From assembly GCA_963820525.1 (NCBI GenBank), contig CAWGAA010000003.1, positions 512,001 through 576,000 on the forward strand: a stretch of 64,000 bases of DNA, written 5' to 3'. The translations under genes were made by a program, and so were the position numbers. How positions within the stretch are numbered: the stretch's first letter is position 1; each line of letters opens with the position of its first letter. The stretch is from an uncultured Spirochaetota bacterium (GTDB taxonomy: Bacteria > Spirochaetota > Spirochaetia > SZUA-6 > Fen-1364). This document shows positions 31,138 to 41,312 of this stretch, one piece after another. Below the pieces are notes generated by a model. The model searched no databases. It was not told the DNA's origin and saw nothing but the letters and a program-made list of their open reading frames with translations.

Positions 31138-32220
31138 CTACCCCGTCCACTTTGTTCCGCGCTTGTCCTGCCAGGGCCCCCCGTCCGTGTACAGCTCAGG
31201 ATGCAGGATCCTCAGTCGGGGATCCTCAGCCGCGTCATGCTGGAGGGCCATCCATTTCGGATAGGGGGTGCCGGGGTCGGACACTTCATTCAGCAACTTC
31301 AGGTCATCCGCGGACAGGCGCATATCCACGGCCTTGATGTCGTCTTCCAGGTGCTCGATCTTACGTGCCGCGATGATCACGCTGGAGATCGCCGGCCGGG
31401 AAAGAAGCCACGCGAGCGCCACCCCCGATGGGCTTGCCCCGTGCCGCCGGGATACCTCTTTGAGGGCGTCGATAATGCGATACCCCTTCTCCCTGTCGAA
31501 CGGCACGAAGGAGCCTGCTTCCGCGAACCGCGTTCCCCGGGGCGGCGGGTTTCCGCGGTCGTACTTTCCGGAGAGGAAACCTCCAGCCAGCGGGCTCCAG
31601 ATGAGGATTCCGATCCCGTAGTATTCTGCAAATGATTGAAACTCGTGCTCTAGATCGCGGCCTACCAGGCTGTAGTACATCTGGGCGGTCACGTACTTCT
31701 CCAGGCCCAGGCGTGCCTGCATCTCGATGGCCGCTGCGCCCTGCCACGCCAGATAGTTGCTGAAGCCGATGTAGCGCACCTTGCCCTGCCGCACCAGGTC
31801 GTCCAGGGTTCGCAGGGTCTCCTCCAGCGGCGTGCTCGTGTCCCAGGAGTGGAGCTGATAGAGGTCGATGTAATCGGTTGCGAGCCGCGTGAGGCTCGAT
31901 TCCACTCCGCGCATGATGTTCACGCGCGTGGCCCCGGCCCTGTTGAAGTTCCCGCTCATGGGAAGGCGGACCTTCGTGGCCAGGACGATCTCCTCGCGGA
32001 TGCCCTTCAGGGCGTTTCCCAGCAGGGTCTCGCTTTCCCCGAGGCTGTAGACGTCAGCCGTGTCGATGAAGTTGATCTCGCGGTCCATGGCGAACTTCAC
32101 CATCGCGTTTGTCGCCTGCTGGTCGAGGCTGCCCATGTTCGCCTTGGCTCCGAACTGCATCGTGCCCAGCGCCACTTCGCTCACGATGAGCCCCGTCTTC
32201 CCCATCGTCCTGAACTTCAT
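31138..32220 (-). CDS. Aldo/keto reductase
   Basis: LGTMQFG, DTADVY, LATK, DYIDLYQLH, WSPLAGGFLSGKY. Confidence 0.93.
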   Translation of the reverse strand: MKFRTMGKTGLIVSEVALGTMQFGAKANMGSLDQQATNAMVKFAMDREINFIDTADVYSLGESETLLGNALKGIREEIVLATKVRLPMSGNFNRAGATRVNIMRGVESSLTRLATDYIDLYQLHSWDTSTPLEETLRTLDDLVRQGKVRYIGFSNYLAWQGAAAIEMQARLGLEKYVTAQMYYSLVGRDLEHEFQSFAEYYGIGILIWSPLAGGFLSGKYDRGNPPPRGTRFAEAGSFVPFDREKGYRIIDALKEVSRRHGASPSGVALAWLLSRPAISSVIIAARKIEHLEDDIKAVDMRLSADDLKLLNEVSDPGTPYPKWMALQHDAAEDPRLRILHPELYTDGGPWQDKRGTKWTG

Positions 32221-32294
32221 TGCGACCCCTCCTTGCGTACCCTCCGCTTGTGTATAATATACTCAAGCGGACCGTGTTCGATGGGGGCTTCCCG

Positions 32295-33257
32295 ATGGAC
32301 AGCGCTCAGGCAAGGCCGATCCACCCCGACATCATCGTGCGATACCCGCCGGACGAGAACTGTCTCGTGGCGCCCGGCGGACGAGCATACGCGGTGGTGT
32401 ACGTGCGGCCGGAGACCAACAACATCCTCTACGAGCGCGCCATCATCTCCGCGGTAAGGCGAACGGCGGACACCCTCTACATGGCCAACCTGGGCGGCGG
32501 GCTCTTCGCCCGGGATCGCATTCTGGAAAAGCACTACGCCTCCCAATTCCGCTTCGCCGCGGATCCGTGCGGCGAGATGGCCAAGTATCCGGAGATGATC
32601 TTGCGCTTCCAGGCCCATTTCCAGGTCTCCTTCGAGCATTCACCCCTCATTGGATCCTTCGACGCGGCGAAGCTCCTCGGCATGCATGAGGAGGATCTGT
32701 TCGAGACCATCGTGCCCGAGGCTGACTTTCTGGACTGCTGGGGCCAGGAGTTCAAGCGCATCTTCGATTTCATCGTGGCCAACCCGAACCTGCCGGCCGT
32801 CCTCAAGCGCTATACTCCCGGGGCGAACGTCCTCGCGCTGGCGGTGCGATCACGGGGACCGGACCCCGACTTCTTCTGCTCCCTGAATCAGGCCATATAC
32901 TCGGAGATCGTTTCCCACCACGAAACGCCTCTGATAGATGGCGAAAAGCTCCAATCCCTGGGCTGGCAGGAGAAGATACGCCGCACCTATCATTTCTCCA
33001 CCAACCATCTCATGGCCATGCTCGATATGGCCACCTTCGTTTACCTGGACGAATCGAGACGTCTGGAAGTAGAAGACACGCCCCTGGGCAGGAGACTTAT
33101 CGGCGAAGGCTCCATCACGCGCGAGAAGCTTTCCTTAATCGTGGAGTCCCCCCTCAGGTACCTCGGCCGGGAAGGGGGGAATATCCTGGTCTACCTCCCC
33201 TCCGCCGCTGCGGGGATGAGCGTGGAGCAGGTCGTGGAGATGTTGAATACCTTGTAA
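32295..33257 (+). CDS. Hypothetical protein with nucleoside-diphosphate-kinase-like motifs
   Basis: VYVRPE, LEKHYA and TYHFSTN..AMLD parallel NDK IKPD, EEHYA and HGSDS..A.RE. Confidence 0.55.
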   Translation: MDSAQARPIHPDIIVRYPPDENCLVAPGGRAYAVVYVRPETNNILYERAIISAVRRTADTLYMANLGGGLFARDRILEKHYASQFRFAADPCGEMAKYPEMILRFQAHFQVSFEHSPLIGSFDAAKLLGMHEEDLFETIVPEADFLDCWGQEFKRIFDFIVANPNLPAVLKRYTPGANVLALAVRSRGPDPDFFCSLNQAIYSEIVSHHETPLIDGEKLQSLGWQEKIRRTYHFSTNHLMAMLDMATFVYLDESRRLEVEDTPLGRRLIGEGSITREKLSLIVESPLRYLGREGGNILVYLPSAAAGMSVEQVVEMLNTL

Positions 33258-33300
33258 ATCGGACGCCGTCCGACGCGGGCGCCGCCCCCAGCCTTCGCCC

Positions 33301-34104
33301 CTACTTCTTCTGCGCGTTTCCCATCCTGATCGCTATGCAGTCGTAGAGGAAGCGGTCGGGCTGGTAGGAAGTGACGGAGTGGATCAGGATCCTGTAGCCT
33401 GCCGTATCGAAGGGGATCTTCGCCGCGAGGTGGGCGGGAAGCTCTCCTGCCGCCTCGATCTGGGAAGTAAGCGACTGGTCCTGGGAGAGAACCACCGGCC
33501 GCAATCCCGGGGCCACCACCACGGAGAGGGAGACAAGCTGCATGGAGGTGAGCATCTCCGCGGCGGGAAGCTGGGCCGCGACTGCCGCCTGCTTGGCCTC
33601 CAGCTGGATCATCCTCGCCTTGGCATCCGGGATGGCGGATTCCATGGCGGCGGTGAGAAGGTCGATCATTCGGTGCCGGACTCCCGCCAGGTCCTTCTCG
33701 GAGCCGAACTGGTGCATCCGCTCGTCCTTCTTGATGACTTTGGCGAGCGATGAGATCTCCTTGAGGTAGGTGTTCTTCTCCGAGTCGGGGATGTAGTGCA
33801 TGATCACGATGTGCACCGGCTTGTTGTCCGGCGCGCCCCACTCGATTCCCGTCGGGCTCCAGCCGATGGCGCACGCCAGCTCCCCTTCCCCGGGCACCCG
33901 GCCGTGCGGGCATGACCATCCGGCGCCGATTGCGGTATTGGCCGCCCGCTCCCGCGCGGTGACGGCGCCCGTGAAGTCGAAGCCGGAGATGAAATCCGGC
34001 ATGGCCTCGATGAGGCTTGCAAGGTACTGGAGACTCTTCTCCTTGTCGGAGTCGGGAAGCTCTATGAGCCTTCCTTCCTGGAGGGCGTTGATAAGGCTTT
34101 TCAT
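33301..34104 (-). CDS. PTS EIIA (type 2, PtsN/Fru-like) domain protein with C-terminal extension
   Basis: ARE...TAIG.GWSCPHGR with the phosphorylatable His; GIEWGAPDNKPVHIV. Confidence 0.8.
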   Translation of the reverse strand: MKSLINALQEGRLIELPDSDKEKSLQYLASLIEAMPDFISGFDFTGAVTARERAANTAIGAGWSCPHGRVPGEGELACAIGWSPTGIEWGAPDNKPVHIVIMHYIPDSEKNTYLKEISSLAKVIKKDERMHQFGSEKDLAGVRHRMIDLLTAAMESAIPDAKARMIQLEAKQAAVAAQLPAAEMLTSMQLVSLSVVVAPGLRPVVLSQDQSLTSQIEAAGELPAHLAAKIPFDTAGYRILIHSVTSYQPDRFLYDCIAIRMGNAQKK

Positions 34105-34106
34105 CT

Positions 34107-36767
34107 CTAGTCGACCCCGAACTTTCTGAAGAACCAGGTCTTCACGTTATGGGTGAGCACGCAGTACAGGACGATGAACCCGCCCAGCCAGGCCCAGAAA
34201 ACGGCGGGCAGAGGCACGAAGCCCAACACTCCCGCGATTGGAGAATACGGCAGGAAAGCGGCCACGGCAAGGATGAGCAGGGTGAAGAATACCAGCACGG
34301 GGCTCGCCATGCTCTGGATGAACGGGATCTTGCGCGTGCGGATCACGTGCACGATCAGGGTCTGGGTGAAGATGGACTCCACGAACCACCCCGTGTGGAA
34401 CAGCGACTCGAAGTAGGCCTTCATGTCCGCCGTGGCGCCCGGCGCCGCGTATCCGATGCAGCCGAAGAAGAAGAGCATCAGAAGGAAGGTGGCGTAGTCG
34501 AAGATCGAGCTCATGGGCCCGATGATGATCATGAAACGGCGGATGTTGCCGATGTTCCACTTGCGCGGGACGCTCGTGAACTCATCGTCCACGCGGTCCG
34601 CCGGAATGCCGATCTGGGAAATGTCGTAGAGGAGGTTGTTGATCAGGACCTGGATGGGGAGCATGGGGAGGAAGGGCAGGAAGTAGCTGCCCCCCACCAC
34701 GCTGAACATGTTTCCGAAATTGGAGCTTGCCCCCATGCGGATGTACTTGACGATGTTCCCGAAGACCTTCCGCCCCTCGATGATGCCCAGCTCCAGGACC
34801 ATCAGGCTTTTTACCAAAAGGACGATGTCTGCGGACTCCTTGGCCACGTCCACCGCCGTGTCCACCGAGATCCCAACATCCGCGCGCTTCAGGGCGGGGG
34901 CGTCGTTGATCCCGTCCCCCAAAAACCCCACCACGTGGCCCTTGCTCTGCAGGGCCTGGATGATCTGCTCCTTCTGGGTGGGAGAGAGCCGCGCGAAGAT
35001 CGTGTTCTCCTCCGCCAGCCGGGCAAGCTCCTCCTGGCTCAGGCCCACGAGCTCCGAGCCGATAACCACCTTCGTAGCGTCGAGGCCCACGTCCTTGCAG
35101 ACCTTCTTGGTGACAAGCTCGTTGTCGCCCGTGAGGATCTTCACCGTGACCCCCGCGCCCTTGAGCGACTCTATGGCGCGCGCCGTGGAGTCCTTGGGGG
35201 GGTCGAAGAAGGCGATGTAGCCCAGGAGGATCAGGTCGCTTTCGTCCGCGGCGGAGAAGACCTCCTTGTCCCGGGGGAACTCGCGGTACGCGATGGCGAG
35301 CACCCGGTAGCCGTCCGCGCTCAGTGACTCGTAGTCCTCGAGCACGTCCGCCTTTATCGCCTCGATCAGGGGGAACACCTCATCGTCAACCTGATAGCTC
35401 TGGCAGACCTTGAACACGTCCTCCACGGAGCCTTTGCAGATGAGCACGTGGTCTCCCTGGTAGTCCACGGCCACCGACATGCGCTTGCGGATGAAATCGA
35501 AGGGTATCTCGTCCACCTTGCGCGCGGTGCGCTCCACCTCGAACTCGGTGTGGGAGAGAACCGAGCGGTCCAGGAGGTTTCGAAGGCCCGTCTGGTAATA
35601 GCTGTTGAGGTAGGCATAACGCAGTACCTCGTCGCTCGCCCTGCCGGTGACGTCGACGTGCTTCTCCAGAATGACGCGATCCTGCGTCAATGTGCCGGTC
35701 TTGTCCGTGCAGAGGATGTCGATGGCGCCGAAGTTCTGGATCGAGTTCAGGCGCTTGACGATGACCTTCTTCTTCGACATGGCGAGGGCGCCCTTGGCCA
35801 GGTTCACCGTCACGATCATGGGAAGCATCTCGGGGGTGAGCCCCACCGCGACGGCCAGGCCGAAGAGAAGCGCGTCCAGCCAGTTGTGCTTGGTGAGCCC
35901 GATGATGAGGAAAACGATGAGCACCATGATCACCATGAACCTGATCATGAGCCAGGTGAACCCGGAGATCCCCTTGTCGAAGCTGGTGAGAACCCGCGCG
36001 GCCCCGAGCTTGCGTGTGATGCTTCCAAAGTATGTCCGGGCCCCCGTATTCACCACTGCTCCGCGGGCCGTTCCGGAAACCACGGTGCTGCCCTGGAAGC
36101 AGGCGTTGGTGAGCTCCAGGGCGGCCTTGCCGGAAGATGCGCAGGGGCCGGCCGACTTCTCCACGGGCATCGCTTCGCCCGTAAGGGCGCTCTGCCCGAC
36201 GAAGAAGTCCTTCGTGGCGATGAGCCTGAGGTCCGCCGGGACCAGGGATCCGGCGTCCAGCACCACGATATCCCCCGGAACGATCTCCGCCAGGGGGATC
36301 TCGGACTCCTTTCCTTCGCGAAGCACGTTGACCGTGGTCCGCACCATGGCACGCAGCTTCTCCACGGCCTGGCCGGACCTCTCCTCCTGGATCATGGAGA
36401 GGGCGACGCTGATGATGAGCATGGAGAAGACCACGATGGCGGCGCGCACGTCTCCCATGAAAAAGGAGACCCCGGCGATGATGAGGAGCTGAACGACCAG
36501 GGGATTGGCGAAGCGATGGAAGGTGCGGCTCCAGAACCCGCCCTTCTTCTGGGCAACCTCGTTGGGGCCGAACTGCTGCCGGCGGCTCTCCACCTCTTCG
36601 GCCGAAATGCCGCGCTCGGTGGTTGACAGCGCCTTCAGCGCCTCCTCGGGGCTCAGGGAGCATACCTCTGCGAGCCTGCGCTCATGCTCGGGGACGGCCT
36701 CGACCTGGGATGAGTTTCGCACCCTCCCAAAGAGGCTGCGCGTTTCCACCGAACCGATTCTCTGCAT
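34107..36767 (-). CDS. mgtA: Mg2+-transporting P-type ATPase
   Basis: AVGLTPEMLP, DKTGTLT, KVDEIPFDF.RKRMSV, TGDN, GDGIND, ASSNFGN, LLYDISQ, TGWFVES. Confidence 0.93.
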   Translation of the reverse strand: MQRIGSVETRSLFGRVRNSSQVEAVPEHERRLAEVCSLSPEEALKALSTTERGISAEEVESRRQQFGPNEVAQKKGGFWSRTFHRFANPLVVQLLIIAGVSFFMGDVRAAIVVFSMLIISVALSMIQEERSGQAVEKLRAMVRTTVNVLREGKESEIPLAEIVPGDIVVLDAGSLVPADLRLIATKDFFVGQSALTGEAMPVEKSAGPCASSGKAALELTNACFQGSTVVSGTARGAVVNTGARTYFGSITRKLGAARVLTSFDKGISGFTWLMIRFMVIMVLIVFLIIGLTKHNWLDALLFGLAVAVGLTPEMLPMIVTVNLAKGALAMSKKKVIVKRLNSIQNFGAIDILCTDKTGTLTQDRVILEKHVDVTGRASDEVLRYAYLNSYYQTGLRNLLDRSVLSHTEFEVERTARKVDEIPFDFIRKRMSVAVDYQGDHVLICKGSVEDVFKVCQSYQVDDEVFPLIEAIKADVLEDYESLSADGYRVLAIAYREFPRDKEVFSAADESDLILLGYIAFFDPPKDSTARAIESLKGAGVTVKILTGDNELVTKKVCKDVGLDATKVVIGSELVGLSQEELARLAEENTIFARLSPTQKEQIIQALQSKGHVVGFLGDGINDAPALKRADVGISVDTAVDVAKESADIVLLVKSLMVLELGIIEGRKVFGNIVKYIRMGASSNFGNMFSVVGGSYFLPFLPMLPIQVLINNLLYDISQIGIPADRVDDEFTSVPRKWNIGNIRRFMIIIGPMSSIFDYATFLLMLFFFGCIGYAAPGATADMKAYFESLFHTGWFVESIFTQTLIVHVIRTRKIPFIQSMASPVLVFFTLLILAVAAFLPYSPIAGVLGFVPLPAVFWAWLGGFIVLYCVLTHNVKTWFFRKFGVD

Positions 36768-36842
36768 GAGAACCCCTCTGCTGCATGCCGTTTCAACCGG
36801 CGGCGCGGAAAATATAGGTGGATTTCAAAAAAGATACAACAC

Positions 36843-36895
36843 TCAACCATTTTCCCGACGGCTTTCCCCATGGAATCAACCATATTTCCCGATGG
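36843..36895. repeat. Imperfect direct repeat upstream of mgtA
   Basis: TCAACCAT-TTTCCCGACGG (36843-36861) and TCAACCATATTTCCCGATGG (36876-36895). Confidence 0.65.
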
Positions 36896-37201
36896 TGGAG
36901 CCTCTTCCCCGCCGGGAGTGTTTGCCGTGACAACCCAATACACATACGCGATTACGAAAGGAGACTGCGTTATGTCCTGGTCCCGGTATGCGCCTCGCTT
37001 CTGGTATGCTGCTCGCCGGGACCGAAGCTGCGTAAAGGAATGCTCACGAAAAGCCTCTCCATCGCGAGCGTCGAGTTCGGAAACGAGATCATCGAAGGCG
37101 AGGGGATTGTCGAGATAGAGAATTATGGAATAACGGTGAATTAAAGGCCCAGGGCCGCGCCGACGCGGCTCCCGCTCCGAGCTGAAAGACGGGGCCGCCC
37201 C

Positions 37202-37681
37202 TTATTTCTCCACCTTCAGGCTTGCCACGACGGCGAAGAAGGTCTCTCGGAACCGATCGAAGGATTTCGCCGACGATGCGAAGGACAGGGTATAGGCCTT
37301 TTTCTCGGTCGTGAACACAGGGTCCATCTTGCGCATCGGCCTGCCCGCATACGATATGTCGTAGATAACGCAGTTTTTCCCCTGCTCCACGATCACCATG
37401 TCTTCTGCGACCTTCTGAATTATCGGTATTTTCTCGCGTACCAGATACTCCTCCGCCGAAAGCTTTTTTTTGAGCGTGACGCTGGTGGCACTTAAGCTTT
37501 CCACGAAATCGTCGTCCGCCTCTTTCGGGGAGCGCAGGGAGAAGAGGAACGTCGATTTGCGCGCGTCGATCGTCCAGTCGGGCGGTACGGCAATGGAGAT
37601 GCCCCCGCCTTTCGCCCGTTCCTCGCCCGAAGCGCAGAACGCTGACACCACGATCAGGAGCAACGGCAACAGACGCTTCAT
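37202..37681 (-). CDS. Secreted PsbP/DcrB-like protein
   Basis: Signal peptide; ISIAVPPDW, AYTLSFAS..F...RETF..V..SLK. Confidence 0.65.
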   Translation of the reverse strand: MKRLLPLLLIVVSAFCASGEERAKGGGISIAVPPDWTIDARKSTFLFSLRSPKEADDDFVESLSATSVTLKKKLSAEEYLVREKIPIIQKVAEDMVIVEQGKNCVIYDISYAGRPMRKMDPVFTTEKKAYTLSFASSAKSFDRFRETFFAVVASLKVEK

Positions 37682-39223
37682 AGGCCCTCCTTTACAAGCT
37701 CGGTTTCATGCGCCTTGAGGAAGGCATCCTCGCCGAGCTGCGTGAAACGGGGCGAGGCCGGCGTGAAGATTATCTCGCCCAGACAGCAGTCCTGCCACTT
37801 CGAGCCCTTGCACACGTCGCGGATGAACAGCTTGTACCTTCCCCTGGGCAGGAAAACCTTTTCGAAAGACTGAAGCTCCTTCGTATCGGCCAGCGCGATG
37901 ATCTTCTTCACAGCGCCGTCGGAAGACGCTATCTCGAGCGTCTTGGGCCTATTGTTCTTCTCATAGTACGTATCGATGGCCTTCCCCTCGACCTTCACGA
38001 ATGACATGTTGAAGCCGTTCTGGATATCGAGGGCTTCCACGTCCTTCGCCAGCTCGAACTCGATCCATTCGCCGATCCCGTCCCCCTTGGCGCCTTCGGC
38101 CCAGGCGGTCTCCGGGATTCCGTCGAAGAGAGAAAGCGCCCCGAACCCGGCCTTGGGCAACACCCCCCAAAAAGTGTACCCGGGCGCAGCATCGGCAAGG
38201 GAAGAAGAGGCCCCCTTCACCGAAACGAAATCCTGCGCGGGAGCATTGGGACGCTCGCGGGTTCTCGGCGTGTCGAACCAGATCGCCTTGAAATACGACT
38301 GTTCGACGGATGCATCCTGAATGCCCATCGCGGCCTCGATCCGATCGCTCGCTTCTGGCTCGTAGCCCGCCGCCAGGTACACGTCCTTGCCCCGCAGCCG
38401 CCCCAACCGCTGGAATGCCTTCGGGAGCTTCGGGTCCATCGCGGGCGGCACGGCAAAATAGAGCCTGCCGATGGCTCCTCTCCACGTTCGGCCCGTGCCG
38501 AGGATGTAGGAATAGGAATAGCTTTTCAGGTGAAGCTGGTTGTCCCCTCCCTCCGCATAGTCCGCCGCGTAGCGGACCCTCACCTCGGAAGAAGAGCCGG
38601 CCGTGAAAGCCAGCGAATGGCGGAAGTGGAACGTGATCTCAAGCCTGCCCCCGCTTGAGCCGACGTCTGTCAGGGCGGCTTCCGCGACAACGCTCGCCAG
38701 GGGAACCGCGCGGCCGTCCTGAGCTATCGAGAGATCGAAGAGCTTCGAAATGCTCTCCGGCGGTATCTCCCTTCGAACCGGAACGTCCTGGGCCAGGACG
38801 TAGTACTGCGAATGCCCCACGAACTCATCCGTCGGGAGGGCGGCTTCATGAAGCTCATCCCCCAGGGCGAGGCGGAGGTGGGCGAGAGGGCTCGACCCGC
38901 TCCCATACATGCTCTCCCGGGGAAAAAACCCGGTCTGCCCTTCCTTGCCGGGGATCGCGTCCTTGTCCATTTCCACGCGCACGCGGATCGGGAACCCAGC
39001 ATCCACGGTCAGGTCTCGCCCGCGTAAGGCCCGTGCCAAACCCGTCGAAGACGAGTATCTCGTCCTCCAGGGCTATATCGTCGTTTTCCCTTTCCGAGTA
39101 GAGAGAACCCTCCGTGAGGGAGAATGCCGCGTTCCAGCTTCCGTCATCCGCCGAGATCCGCGGAGCAAGAACCATGAGGAAGACGAAGGCGCTCGAAAGA
39201 AACGCCGCGAGAATCTTTCGCAT
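37678..39223 (-). pseudogene. Frameshifted secreted protein (DUF4424-like N-terminus plus discoidin/glycan-binding-like C-terminus)
   Basis: Signal peptide and NDDIALEDEIL in one frame from 39223; AGFP, YILGTGRTWRGAI and TAWAEGAKGDGIGEWI in another frame; break near 39020-39040. Confidence 0.7.
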
Positions 39224-39662
39224 AGAAGAGAATAGCATACGGGGGCGCTGTTTCAAAGCTGCAATCGCAGAACATCGCGCGGCCGGCCATTCGAATAGTC
39301 CGTGCGCAGGCAAACCTCGCGGCGGATCTACCAGGGCACGTCCAGGTGTTGTGCCGGCCTCGGATCGCGAGTAGACTCAATGGAAAATCTCAGCCGGACA
39401 TTGCGCGGCGAGCCACCCGCTTGCCTCGATTCGATATCAAGGCCATTATCGGGGGAGAGGAATACAATGAAGACCGCCGGGGAGAATTCCCCCAGCGGCA
39501 AGGGCGATCATGTCGAGGAAGTTGAATAGTCAATAAAAAGGGGGATCTCGGGATACATCAAGCTTGACATGACCAGTAGAATGTGATTCGGGACGATCAA
39601 GCGGCTGCGTGGAAAATCTGAAGATGGAGACGGAGGCGGTGGCAAACAAGCGAGGAGGAGCC

Positions 39663-39965
39663 ATGGCAGAGAACGGTTTTGACGCATTGGGGATGATCGA
39701 AACCCGTGGATTTGCGGCGATGGTGGAAGCCGCGGATGCGATGGTGAAGGCGGCCAAGGTCGACCTGATCGGCTTCGAGAAGATCGGCGGCGGCTACGTG
39801 ACGGCCATCGTGCGCGGGGACGTGGCGGCATGCCGTGCCGCGGTGGACGCGGGCGCGCGGGCCGCGGAGAAGGTGGGGGAGATCGTGAGCACCCACGTGA
39901 TCCCACGGCCGCATGCATCGGTGGACGCCGCCCTGCCTCTGGGCAGGACGGAAAGAAAGGGGTAG
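39663..39965 (+). CDS. BMC-H hexameric shell protein
   Basis: [43 protein letters not shown]. Confidence 0.97.
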   Translation: MAENGFDALGMIETRGFAAMVEAADAMVKAAKVDLIGFEKIGGGYVTAIVRGDVAACRAAVDAGARAAEKVGEIVSTHVIPRPHASVDAALPLGRTERKG

Positions 39966-39968
39966 GCC

Positions 39969-40610
39969 ATGGCTGTGGACCTCAGGACATACGTATTCCT
40001 GGATTCGCTTCAGCTGCAGAACGCCTCCTTCATCGCGACGGTGAGCAAGGGGTACTACCCCATCGGGATGCAGGCCTGCTGCGTCATCGAGATCGCTCCC
40101 GGCATCGAGATCAACCGCCTCACCGACGTCGCCCTGAAGGCGACCAACGTGACCCCCGGGCTCCAGATCGTGGAGCGCGCCTACGGTCTTTTGGAGGTGC
40201 ATTCTGACAGCCAGGGGGACGCGCGCATGGCGGGGGAAGCGGTGCTGAAGGCCCTTTCCAAGTCCGAGAAGGATCGGCTGAAGCCGCGCGTGATGACCAG
40301 CCAGCTCATCAAGAACATCTCGGACCACCACGCGCAGCTCATCAACAAGGTGCGGCACGGCAACATGGTGCTTCGCGGAGACACTCTGTACGTGCTGGAG
40401 GTGGAGCCCGCCGGCTACGCGTTCTACGCGGCCAATGAGGCGGAGAAGACCTCCTCGATCAACATCATAGAGGTGCTGGGCTTCGGCGCGTTCGGCCGGG
40501 TGTATATTGCCGGGCAAGAGGCGGAGGTGATCGAGGCGCGCCGGATCGTGGAGGACAGGTTGTCGGGGTTGAGCGGCAGGGAGATCGCGTCCAACGCGGC
40601 GCGGATTTGA
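39969..40610 (+). CDS. BMC-T tandem-domain shell protein (double-stacking, CcmP/CsoS1D-like type)
   Basis: LRTYVFLDSLQ, EIAPG, VERAYGLLEVH, EVEPAGYA..AANEAEK, GAFGR. Confidence 0.9.
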   Translation: MAVDLRTYVFLDSLQLQNASFIATVSKGYYPIGMQACCVIEIAPGIEINRLTDVALKATNVTPGLQIVERAYGLLEVHSDSQGDARMAGEAVLKALSKSEKDRLKPRVMTSQLIKNISDHHAQLINKVRHGNMVLRGDTLYVLEVEPAGYAFYAANEAEKTSSINIIEVLGFGAFGRVYIAGQEAEVIEARRIVEDRLSGLSGREIASNAARI

Positions 40611-40634
40611 AGATGCACGTGAAAAGGGGAACAT

Positions 40635-40946
40635 ATGGCGGATAGCGGTGGTTTGGAGGCTCTGGGGATGATCGAAACCCGCGGATTTGCCGCGATGGTG
40701 GAAGCGGCGGACGCGATGGTGAAGGCGGCCAAGGTCGACCTCATCGGCTTCGAGAAGATCGGCGGCGGCTACGTCACCGCCATCGTGCGCGGGGACGTGG
40801 CGGCATGCCGTGCCGCGGTGGACGCGGGCGCGCGGGCCGCGCAGATGGTGGGAGAGATCGTGAGCACGCACGTGATCCCGCGGCCGCACGAGTCCGTGGA
40901 TGCGGCCCTGCCTCTCGGCAGGAAGCCGCCCGCCTCCAAGAAGTAG
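40635..40946 (+). CDS. BMC-H hexameric shell protein (second, near-identical copy)
   Basis: Core almost identical to 39663..39965. Confidence 0.97.
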   Translation: MADSGGLEALGMIETRGFAAMVEAADAMVKAAKVDLIGFEKIGGGYVTAIVRGDVAACRAAVDAGARAAQMVGEIVSTHVIPRPHESVDAALPLGRKPPASKK

Positions 40947-41009
40947 CGCAAGGGCGGGGCGGGCTCAAGGCCCGGGCGGGTAGGCGCGCCCCGCGAAAAG
41001 GACCCTGGA

Positions 41010-41312
41010 ATGGTATTGGCACGGGTGAAGGGCACTGTGGTGAGCACGCAAAAGTCGCCTCAGATGGAAGGCTTGAGGCTGCTCCTGCTGGAGAAGGTTG
41101 ACGCCGTAACTCTCAAGGGCAAGGGAGATTTCGTCGTTGCCATCGACGGGGTCGGCGCGAACGCCGGCGAGATCGTGTTCTACGTCACCGGGTCCAGCGC
41201 GCGCATGACGGAGACCACGAAAGGCAAGCCCTCGGATGCGACGATCATCGCCATCGTGGACGCCATCGAGAAGGACGGTGTTCTCACCTATGACAAGGCG
41301 GCGGCGCAATGA
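41010..41312 (+). CDS. BMC-P pentamer (EutN/CcmL family)
   Basis: ARVKGTVVSTQK, VAIDGVGA..GE.V, GSSAR, DATIIAIVD. Confidence 0.95.
   Translation: MVLARVKGTVVSTQKSPQMEGLRLLLLEKVDAVTLKGKGDFVVAIDGVGANAGEIVFYVTGSSARMTETTKGKPSDATIIAIVDAIEKDGVLTYDKAAAQ

Noticed and set aside
36768..36960. M-box riboswitch or MgtL-like leader for mgtA
   Set aside because: No recognisable aptamer or Pro-rich leader; the promoter-like sequence is close to the start codon
36960..37144. Short ORFs: SD AAAGGAG plus ATG 36972, and a lipoprotein-signal-like frame LRYVLVPVCASLLVCC
   Set aside because: The frames conflict and neither gives a convincing product; at most a remnant
39522..39582. Palindromes TTGA-ATAG-TCAA and TCAAGCTTGA, plus TTGACA/TAGAAT, upstream of the BMC operon
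   Set aside because: TTGACA and TAGAAT are only 7 bp apart and the palindromes do not fit a motif I can name; promoter and operator not assignable
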